The position numbers and the translations under genes are program-made. 64,000 nt of DNA from the human T2T-CHM13v2.0 reference genome, Homo sapiens, in NCBI RefSeq assembly GCF_009914755.1, contig NC_060933.1. One strand, 5' to 3'. The stretch's first letter is position 1, and each line of letters starts with the position of its first letter. Positions 1-16,058 of this stretch are shown in pieces. The notes under the pieces are model-generated. The model searched no databases, was not told the DNA's origin, and saw nothing but the letters and a program-made list of their open reading frames with translations.

Positions 1-40
1 GGGGAAGTCGCTTCATGTGGGAGAGCTCCTCCCGCCAGCG
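1..40 (-). CDS. KLF4: KLF4 exon 3, 5' part (continues off the window)
   Basis: Acceptor gtccccgcag|CGC at 41/40. Translates RWREELSHMKRLP in frame with exon 2. Confidence 0.95.
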
Positions 41-702
41 CTGCGGGGACAGGGCGGGAGAGACCTGTCAGTGGTGGTCCCCTGTTGCCACCCGACATAC
101 TGACGTGCTGGCGGGCCACGCGCGACTGCACCGCCCAGACATGGGGACTGGTCAGGCAGGAAGCACCCGGGAACCCAGGGCGCCAGCGCTGCAATCTCGG
201 CCCACTCCCGGGTCGAAGAAGAGGTGATGCGTCTGTATTGCGGGTGTTATGTCCTGTCTGCCCAATTGCGTGTGAGCGAGCGCCGCGGCTGGTCCCTCCC
301 CCTCCAGGTCCCGTGGACGTCCCCGGAATTGGCACACCGAGGCTCTCTCGGTGCGCTCTCGCCACGGGGCCGCCTACGCGCTAAACTCACTCTGGCCCAG
401 CCAGTGTCTGGGGACGCGGCCACCTCCCGCCCGGTGGCCCGAGAGCGCCCGCCCTACCGACAGCGCGCCCGGGGACTGGTGAAGACCCGGCTTGCGCCCC
501 AGGCGGCTCCGCAGTGCTCGCACCACGGGCATACACAGCTGAGCCAAGGACACGGAAGCTATCCCGGGAAGGTTGCGGAGTCCGCGCGGTGGCCGCTCCT
601 TACCCTCGTTCAGTGGCTCTTGGTGACCCCAAGGCTCCGCCCGCCCCCACCACACCCACGAAAACCCACCGGGCGTTCCCGGCGGCCCGGAGCGATACTC
701 AC

Positions 703-823
703 GTTATTCGGGGCACCTGCTTGACGCAGTGTCTTCTCCCTTCCCGCCGGGCCAGACGCGAACGTGGAGAAAGATGGGAGCAGCGCGTCGCTGACAGCCA
801 TGTCAGACTCGCCAGGTGGCTGC
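703..823 (-). CDS. KLF4: KLF4 exon 2 (121 bp)
   Basis: Acceptor ctcgcag|GCAGCC at 824/823 and donor AATAAC|gtgagt at 703/702. Encodes QPPGESDMAVSDALLPSFSTFASGPAGREKTLRQAGAPNN. 5+121 nt = 42 codons, phase 0. Confidence 0.97.
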
Positions 824-940
824 CTGCGAGCAAGGCAGGGAGCGGAGACAGGAGAGTCAGGGGCGGCTTTCGGCCGTCGTTCCGGCGCGTCCCACCGGTC
901 CTCACCCCTCCCTGCTCCCAGCGCCGCGCGCCTCACCTAC

Positions 941-945
941 CTCAT
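941..945 (-). CDS. KLF4: KLF4 coding part of exon 1 (ATG AG), followed by donor GTAGGT
   Basis: Minus strand reads cacattaATGAG|gtaggtgag. Joined to exon 2 it gives MRQPPGESDMAVSDALLPSFSTF, the known KLF4 N-terminus. Confidence 0.95.
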
Positions 946-1540
946 TAATGTGGGGGCCCAGAAGGTCCTCGGCAGCCCGAAGCAGCTGGGGCACCTGAAC
1001 CCCAAAGTCAACGAAGAGAAGAAACGAAGCCAAAACCCAAAACCCCAAATTGGCCGAGATCCTTCTTCTTTGGATTAAATATAACTTGGAAGCGTCTTTT
1101 TTAAAAAGTTCCTTTGTATACAAAAGTTCTTAGAAAAGTTGTAAACGCAAAAATAGACAATCAGCAAGGCGAGTAAGTAGGTCCGGTGGCCGGGCTGCGC
1201 TCTCTTCCACTCAGCAGCGTCCCCCACCACTGTCGCGGTCGCCTCGAGTGCTGCCGTGGGCGCAGGGGCTGTGGCCGGGGCGGTGGGCGGGCGGTGCCGC
1301 CAGGTGAGACTGGCTGCCGTGGCGCGGAGCTGCGAACTGGTCGGCGGCGCAGGGCGCGGACTCCGGTGAGTTGTGTGGAGCGCGCGCGGCCATGGGCGCG
1401 GGCCACGGGCGGGTGGGAGGGTGGGGGGCCAGAGGGGCGGGGAGGGTCACTCGGCGGCTCCCGGTGCCGCCGCCGCCCGCCACCGCCTCTGCTCCCCGCG
1501 CGCCCGCAGACACGTTCGTTCTCTCTGGTCGGGAAACTGC
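946..1540 (-). other. KLF4: KLF4 exon 1 5'UTR; main TSS about 1538-1541
   Basis: Minus strand begins GCAGTTTCCCGACCAGAGAGAACG, which I recognise as the KLF4 mRNA 5' end. It lies about 30 nt from a TATA-like box. Confidence 0.85.
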
Positions 1541-1760
1541 CGGCCGCCGGCGCGCGTTCCTTACTTATAACTTCCTTCGCTACAGCCTTTTCCTCCGCCT
1601 TCTCCCATGCCCCGCCCCTCCCTTTCTTCTCTCCGCCCCCCCCGAGGCTCCCTTCCATCGTTGCTATGGCAGCTAAATCAACAAACTCGGCGCACGTGGG
1701 GGCGGGGGAGGGGAAGGAGGGGCGCGGGCGGGGCTGGGCCGGGCCGTGACGCCAGCCAGG
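1541..1760 (-). promoter_or_regulatory. KLF4 core/proximal promoter
   Basis: TTATAA(GT) at 1565-1570 (about -30), GC boxes (about 1610-1640 and 1698-1735), E-box CACGTG 1693-1698, X-box-like GTTGCTATGGCAGC 1660-1673. Confidence 0.85.
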
Positions 1761-2424
1761 CAGCTGGCGGGCTGGAGCCGAGCTGACGCCGGCGGCAGTG
1801 GTGTCGGCGGCGGCGGCGGCGTCCGCCCCAGCGCGGGGCGCGAGGAACCGGGCGCAGGTTCGGTCGCTGCGCGACCAGGGCCGTACTCACCGCCATTGTC
1901 GGCTCCCTGGGTTCGAAGCCCGCGAAGACTGGTGGGGTCAGCGGGCGGCACGGTCACGCGTCCGCACCCCTGCTAGCATACGCGCTTGCCGCGCTGTCTG
2001 CGCGCTGGAGAAGAGCGCGATTATCCGCGTGACTCATCCAGCCCTCCATCTCCCCCTCCCTCTCTGCGCTCGCAGGAGTCCGCTCTCGTCGCTCAGCGCC
2101 AGTGCCGGTGGCGGTGCCGGCGCTCGGCCTGACCTCGCACGGTTCCTCGCGGGCCCTTCTGCTGAGGGGTGGGGGGCGCTAGGGGTGTGGAGAGGAGGCA
2201 GTGCCCAGCACTGTGCAGCGTGAACTGGGAGCCTCAAGAGAAGGCCAGAGGAGTGTTCCGCCGGGAACAGGCGGAAAGAGGCACGAATGGGGAGTTATGG
2301 TTTTGATACTTTAAATAGCGAGAAAGGGAGTGAAAGGGCTCAAGATTTACTCAGAGGCATAAGGGAGAGAAGAGGGACTGTGAGGCGCGGAGACAGTTTT
2401 CAACCAGCCATCTCGAAGCCCTTT

Positions 2425-2732
2425 CCTTTTTTTTTCTTTCTTTTTTTTTTTTTTGTGAGACAGAGTCTCGCTGTGTCGCCCAAGCTGGAATGCAGTGGCA
2501 CGATCTCAGCTCAGTGCAACCTCCGCCTCCTGCGTCCAAGCGATTCTCCTGCGTCAGCCTCCCGAGTAGCGGGGATTACAGGCGTGCGCCACGACGCCGG
2601 CTAATTTTTGTATTTTTCGTGGAGACGGGGTTTCACCATGTTGGCCAGGCAGGTCTCGAACACCTGACCTCAAGTGATCAGCCTGCCTCGGCCTCCCGAA
2701 GTGCTGGGATTACAGGCGTGAGCCACTGCCTG
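2425..2732 (-). mobile_element. AluS, CpG-rich, at the island edge
   Basis: Poly-T tail followed by the Alu reverse complement. The head is missing the last few nt. Confidence 0.9.
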
Positions 2733-4929
2733 TAATATTTGATGACTAAATTGCACTGTAGAATAATAATAATAATAGAAGACACCCATTAAAGAAGAAT
2801 TAAACACTCACTGATGACTTTTCAAGCCACGCACTCTCCTTTCCACTTTATGGATGAGAAATTGAGTCATAAAGAGGTGAAATGGCCAGTAAAGGTCAAA
2901 GGACAACTCGTTCCTTCGGCTCAGGCTCCGGGTAGGTCAGGCCCCCCTAAAGGGACTTCCCTGGGAAGTGACCATGTGCCAGGAAGTGGAGCGATGCGGT
3001 GGGATCCTAGCTCTCAAAAAGTGCACACCGAGCCCGCCGCAGGCGTCCTTGCCCACCGGGAAGGGAATAGGAAACGGCGATCTTTACTTCAATCTTATAA
3101 CGCTGCCTCCCCCACCCCCACTCTCCCCTTGGTTTGTGATCAGTAATTTTCCAGCTGGGAAATGTTTTGCTCTCATCTTCTTAGCAAACAGTATTTTTTT
3201 TTAAAACGTGAATGTGGTGTTCGGTATCACTTTCTAAACGTAGGTTTGGCGAGGTGTTTACTTTGGATTCCGGCGTTCGGCGCGGGACTCCGCCCCCCTC
3301 TCCACGGAGCCCCCTCACCGGCGAACGCTGGCGCTTAGGCTGGTGTCAACCTAGGAAAGAGAAGAGAGGGGACACTGGGGAAAGTGGTGGAAGCTCGGGC
3401 ACCGGGCAGAGAGTGCGCTCACCCCTTTTTGAGTTCTAGTTGCCAATGTCCTTTGTCGTTGTCACCTGTTTGAACCCTGCGATTCTGGTACCTATTAGGT
3501 TTCCTCAGAATATTTGTGATACCTGATTTTTCCACTCCTCGCCGACCACAGAAGCATTCTTGGAATGCATCTCGCCCCGAATGAATTGACTCGGCCCTCC
3601 CTGCCAACGCCAGGAATCCCTCTAAGATCCAGAGTCGGACGCCCTTGAGTGTGACTTCCATCCTCTAGCTTGGCTCTGGCCAAGGGCTGCCAGGGTTGCA
3701 GCTGGGGGATGAGAGTGTTTTGGCAGGGAAACCGAGGTCCTCCTTCCTATGACCTCGAGGAGTTCAACCCCACCCCCCTATATAGGATCAGGCCAGTTAC
3801 TTTAACTCTGATTTTTACTTTAAGCCCTTTTCAAACGGAGGAACCAAAAAAGGAAGACACCTGCCACTTCCTCCCCTACTCCTTTAATTGTGATGGCAAC
3901 ATCTTGGGATGCTGTGATTTGAGGGCTGCATGGGAAACACCACTTTTTCAGGAAAGCCAAAGTCCCTCACCCTGGATGAACAGTGGATGAGCCCTTGATT
4001 GGCAGCCATCTCCCTTGGGATGTAAACGTGGGTCAGGACTTGGAATTTCCAACTTAGGTAGGCAGCACACTAGATTATTTCTGCTTTACTTTTATTTCTC
4101 TAAGGCAGTAGCCCTTCCCCCTCAAAAAAAAAACTATCTGTAACCACCACAATGAAAAAACAATATTGCACAGAAGAATTGGAAAGCCACCATTATTATG
4201 TCACATAATCAAGACAAGATTCTGAAACTCGATTGAAAAAGATGAACTTGTTTCCAACCGGCCTTCTGAAGGATAAAAGCCAGTCTCTCTTCGTGGCAGG
4301 CAACTAGCTGGTTATTCCTCTGATTGCGTCACAAAGGGAAATCTGTATATTCACCCCAGATTTCTAAAAGAAGCAAGAAACTTCAAGTTCACAAATCATC
4401 TCTCAAGGCAGGTGCCCTGTATGACAACAAGGTTATGGCCCTCCCTGTCTTCAGAACAGGTAGGGCCAGAAGACTTAAATCCTTGCCCTATATAATTTAT
4501 AAACATGAGGCTGAGTAAACCTTTGATGACTAAATTGCACTGTAGAATAATAATAATAGAAGACACCCTTTAAAGAAGAATGAAACACTCACTGGTGACT
4601 TTATTTCAGCAAACTGATATTACTAGTTTTGTGGACTAGAAGTTAATTATTAATGTCCTTGGAGTTATAAAATAATTTTTTTTCCAGCACAAACTGCATT
4701 AGTTGTCAGAAGATGTGATGAACACCATTAGTGCTAGGGGATTAATGTGGAGCCATGGAGGGGTGTGATAGACTGAAGAAGCTGCATCCATGTTTCAAAT
4801 GAAAGATTCAGCACCCATAACTGGGTATGGGGTCTGGACACATAGAGCACCCCGTGACCTGGCTGCACCCTGGCTGGGTGTCTCTGCATAACTGCCGCAG
4901 GACTCAAGAAAAACTCAAAAAAAAAAAAA

Positions 4930-5276
<347 letters not shown>

Positions 5277-5403
5277 TAAGTACCCGAATTGCTTTGAAAT
5301 GAAATCCCTGCTAATAAATAACTGTAAAAGGAGCTTGCAGCTTTCACAAGGTGGCAAAGCTTTTCTCAGTCTCCACCCTCATCTCCTTGTGAACTCCAGC
5401 CTC

Positions 5404-5914
<511 letters not shown>

Positions 5915-5924
5915 TAGGAAAGTA

Positions 5925-6270
5925 GGCTTTGACTCTGTGTTTCCCAACATGACTCTGCTGCTTTCTAGCTGGGCAAGTTACTGACCTCACTTTGCACTTT
6001 GCCTGTTTCCTCTTCTGTAAAATGGGGATATTAATAATGCCTACTTCTTAGAGTGATGAGGATCAAATCAGATAATCTAAAGTAAAGTATTTAGCACAGA
6101 CTTAACACTCAACACATAGTAGCTATTACTATCATCAGTATTCCCCAGGGTATCATAAACATGATGAGGCTGAGGCTACTGTTTTGTTCACTGCTATATC
6201 CCCAAGTCCTATTATAGTGCCTACCTAGCACATGGTAATGCCCTGTAAGTGTTTGTTGAGTGAATGAATA
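5925..6270. mobile_element. MIR followed by an L2 3' fragment
   Basis: MIR core gcctgtttcctcttctgtaaaatgggg; L2 end motif gtttgttgagtgaatgaat. Confidence 0.65.
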
Positions 6271-6471
6271 ATGCATATTTAATGTGTTTTTTCTTTTTGA
6301 ATAATCCATTAGCAGGAAGCTCATCTTTCAGCATCCACTGTAGACTCATTAATCCTCTTTCTTATCAAGAACCGCAACACACCCAGATTTAAAATTTCGT
6401 CATTCTCTCCCCGGTTTCTAAGACAGAAACCTAGATTTTCTTCAACTCCTGCCTTATTTTCTTTGACCTGA

Positions 6472-6870
<399 letters not shown>

Positions 6871-8294
6871 CTCATTTACAGATTTAATTATGTCTGTACA
6901 CTCCAAATAGTCCTCTTGTCTCCTCCCTCAGAGCCCCACTGGCATTCTCCAGCTAGATCTAATCCATTTTGCTAACAGACCACCACAGTTCTGTCTCTAC
7001 TCACCTCCCCACCAGCCAGTCTTTCAACAGCTCCACTTTGCCTAGAGGAATAAAACCAAACTGTTTGGCTTGATGTACCCAACACTTACTACTCTGGCCC
7101 TAGACAAACTTTCCAGAATCTTCTCTAGAGACTGACCTCACCCTCTCTAAACTCTTAACTGGATGTTCTCTCAAATCCCTGAATACAGGATGTGTATTTT
7201 CATCAGCTGTTTTTCCTGTCTGAAATGCCCTTTCTCCCCTCAGGGCCCTCATCGTACCCAAACTCCAAAAAGTCCCTCTTAATTGTTCCTTGGTCTATGA
7301 GTTCCCTTTTAAGCCAGTCCTTTTTTCTCTGAGCTCTAACAAAGCTGTGTAATGACTGCTAGGATGTTTACCCAGTGGACTTGCATGATCTGGTTGTTTG
7401 TAGCTCCTGTTCCCCTATGGCATCTTCAGGACAAATGCCCAATGACCATTAATTGTAGAATGAATGAAGAGAGCAAAACTGACTTGGTAAACTATTAATG
7501 GGGTAGAGGCAGGGAGGGAGTCAGGGGACCTGGTCCTTGTCAATAGCATTTCTCTCTAGTTGAGAGGGTCATTGGTTTGGTACTTCATTTTCCATCCCTT
7601 CTCTTTCTTCACCACTTCATCTCTTTCTTTGAAAAGTTCTATGAAGGAAAACTTTTCAAAGAAAGTTATGAAGGAAATAAAATCCTTCATAACTCTGTAC
7701 TCTCAAAAACAGTTGGACAAAGTAATAGAACAGTGCTGGCCAAGGCATTGTAATAAAACAAACTTGAAAACACAAACAAAAATAACCAAAATCCAAACCA
7801 AAACCAAATGGAGAAAGAGTCCACTCTTTTCTGCAGCCAAATTCATTGCCTTTCAAAACCCAAACCTTAAGGGTTGAAGTTTTTAGAGCAGAAAATGAAT
7901 CACAGACATTTAAAAATCAATTCTCAGAAATTTCATTAGAATCTTTTTCGTGAACCCTTAGGTTTGATCACTTAAGTTACATTCTTAGCTCAAAAAACTT
8001 AGGCCCAATACATCCTTTAAGCTATTTAAAAATAAAATCTAAAATTAATGAAATTATTTTCAAGACTTTTGAAATATTCTGACTGCAATATATTAAATTC
8101 AGCTTTTCAGTGTCCTCAACTTGTTCTGAGATATTAAAAAGGATACAAAAAAAATCCCTCTTTTTAGGTTGCTGATTTTTTTTACTTTATTTATTTATGT
8201 ATTTATTTATTTTTTAATAAATAAATGAGTCACCACACCCGGCCAGGTTGCTTATTTTTAAATGTCTGTTTAAGCAGAGAGAAATATTTTTTAA

Positions 8295-8679
<385 letters not shown>

Positions 8680-10829
8680 AAATTGCAGGCTAGCATTTAC
8701 CATCTTCGTAGAGCATGACTCCAATACTATATGCATTTGAAACACATTTAAAAGTAAATGAACTAGCAAATTTTAAAAGTATTTAAATTTTAATGAAAGA
8801 ATAAAAGTACTTAAATGAACCAGCAAAGAAGTCAGTGGGCAGAGAAAAACCTGTTGCTGGAATTTTCTTCTTCACTTGGTTCACCAAGTTTTGCCTGCTT
8901 CCCCTGGGGGAGAATTATCTCTGAAAAGAGAACCAAGAGTCTACTTCCTTTATTTAAAAGCCTCAGTGCCTCAGATTCTTAGACTAAGACAACGTCGTTC
9001 TTCTGAGGAAAACAAAGTCCCTAGGTTTAGATTGGATTGGAGGTAACATTTTTGTTTTATGGAAAATGTAGGAATGTTGAAGGTACAAAAATGAATGCTT
9101 CACACCCTGAGAAATGCAAACAAGAAAAAAACAATTCTGTGTTTAATTCTCTTTCAGTTTGTGGGCTGGACAAGAGGGGAGCTTATTTTTGCCAATTTGA
9201 AATTATGTACTTTGAGCCAGGGAAATGATTTAAAAAAAAATTAAGAATGCATTTTATTACCCTGTAGTTGACTTTTTTTTCACAAACATTGTGTTTGTTA
9301 ATCAATTTTAATGTCCTGGCTAGTGGGAAGGGGGCTAGCGAGTGCCAATGTGGAGGAAAAAAAAAAAAAAAAAAGCCAAACGAATGTTCTGGCAGCAACT
9401 AAATATCTCATACAGTGTGTGATGCCTTATTCAAACTCGAATCTAGATGCAAACTCCTCTTATATCCAGGGATGACCAGAAGCTTCTTAAAGGGGGAAGC
9501 CCCTGGAATAGTTACCTAATCTTAGAAGAATTCCCAGCATTATCATTGATAATAAAAAAGGTAATCTAGTGAAAGAGTGAACTTGGTCTATGGTGTCAGT
9601 TATTGATGAATTTTTCTGGTTGCTACATTTACCTAACAGTTCTCAGAGCAAAGTGTTGAATTTCAATGTTCTGATGTTTCATTCAGCAAACTCAGTTTTC
9701 CATTTGAAAAGAAGCTCATTTGGGTTTCTTTAAAGACAAGACAATATCTTTGGTCTATCTGAGTGCAGATTAGAGTGTCCTTGTCTGACTTTAATTCTTA
9801 GAGCCATCTTGCCGTAACTCAATTAAGGAGGAGAACTTGACAGAATTCTCTGGGCTGTGGGAGAAGAAATGACAGGGATGAATAGTGCACAGACTCTGGG
9901 GGCATAGGTAGGATCTGCCACGCAAGGGTTTGGACTCCAGGCCCTGAGTTGCATCTTACAAGCCAGGTGACCTTGGACAAGCTACATCATCTAGTTGCAC
10001 TGTACTTTCCTTGTCTGCAAAATGGGTCTACGAATGTACCTGCTTCCAAGGCCAGTGTGAGCATTAAGTGAGATACTGGCATTAATGTTAGTGTGTCCCC
10101 TCTACCAGTGAAACCTTACACAGTTAATCCCCCTTTGATAACTTCAAATTGGTCCTGCAGTATTCAGCACTGGAAGATGATATAATATCTTGGTTTGAAG
10201 AGTGAAATGCTTTGTCACAGTATTTTCTTTCCCCAAAATATTTCAGTGTCACTACAGATCCACAACCAAAGACCAGGCTCACAGAAAATCTCACAAAGAC
10301 ACTGTTTTAAGTAGGGAAGGTATACATTAACCTGGGAATCTCACTTCCTAGGGTCACTCCATGACTTGCAAAGGCCTTTTGTGGCTATGTCAAATCCCTA
10401 AAGACAGTGACCTTGACCCTTGATAAGCCAGTCAAGAGTTAGGTTGGACGAAAGATAATTTCAAAGTCAAATTCAACATTGAAGAATTCTATAGTCATTG
10501 ACAGTGTTAGCAAAGTTCTAACCTTGTCTTTCCTAGAAGGGTACTGAAAGGGTCTGCTGGGTTCTCCCTCCAGGAAAAGGAGGGAGCAGGGACCTTCAAA
10601 TTCATTAACATCACTGCTCTCAGACGCTGTACCAGGTAACTGCGATAAGTACTTTCATGCATTAAGTTACTTGTCTTCACATTACTTCTCTGAGGTTGGT
10701 GCTGCCATTGCTGCTAGAATGCAGGCTTCAGGGGGCAGAGACGCTGCCTGTGTGTGTATATTTTAAAATATACTCTTTTTGTGTGTGTATATTTTAAAAA
10801 CTGATATATCACAGTTGTATGACTTTCTT

Positions 10830-14117
<3,288 letters not shown>

Positions 14118-14617
14118 AGTGATGTGTCAGGGTTTCCTGTGTCATTGCTGTCTGATGCAGGGAAGGAGGCTTGGACTTGACTAGGAGTTAGGACTTGTGT
14201 TTTCTTGTCCCAGCTCTGCCAATGTGTGGCATGGGTAAGTTACCTCTGTTCCCTAGGCCCCTTTCATCTGTGCAAAGTGGAGGCTTCCAATTATATTCTA
14301 ATAATGTACAATTTCCATATCTTCAGAGTTTCAAGGAAGTGCAAACTAACTGCCATGAAAGTTTCACCAGCCAAAAGCTGATTATGTAGATGTTAACATT
14401 TGAAAGATTAAGATCATAATATTCGGTACTGGTTAGTACGTAAGGAAACCAACATGTTGATATCTTGCTGATGAGAATGTAAACTGATGTAAATTTTTTG
14501 AGGAACAATTTGAAATGGTTGAAATGTAAATCAATTTCTATGAATTGAGCCTAAGGAAATAAGTGAATAAGAGTACACATGGAAATTCTGTAGTAATGAA
14601 AAGTTGGAAACAATCTA

Positions 14618-16058
<1,441 letters not shown>

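Larger units (their letters stand above)
1..2290. promoter_or_regulatory. CpG island over the KLF4 promoter, exons 1-2 and intron 2
   Basis: Very high GC and CpG density compared with the rest of the window, with a (GGC)n tract at about 1805-1821. A second CpG-rich patch lies at about 2990-3650. Confidence 0.92.

Noticed and set aside
946-1074. In-frame stop-free extension of 43 codons upstream of the KLF4 ATG containing a CTG
   Set aside because: No evidence for non-AUG initiation from sequence alone, and the length is unremarkable.
15-2237. Many long overlapping ORFs (up to 187 aa) around the KLF4 5' end
   Set aside because: Expected in very GC-rich DNA with few stop codons. They have low-complexity G/P/R/A content and mostly non-ATG starts. 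Only the KLF4 exon frames and the uORF have independent support.
2740-2814. Box C/D snoRNA-like pattern (TGATGA...CTGA) in the duplicated segment
   Set aside because: No terminal stem, not in a known host intron, and the second copy has CTGG instead of CTGA.
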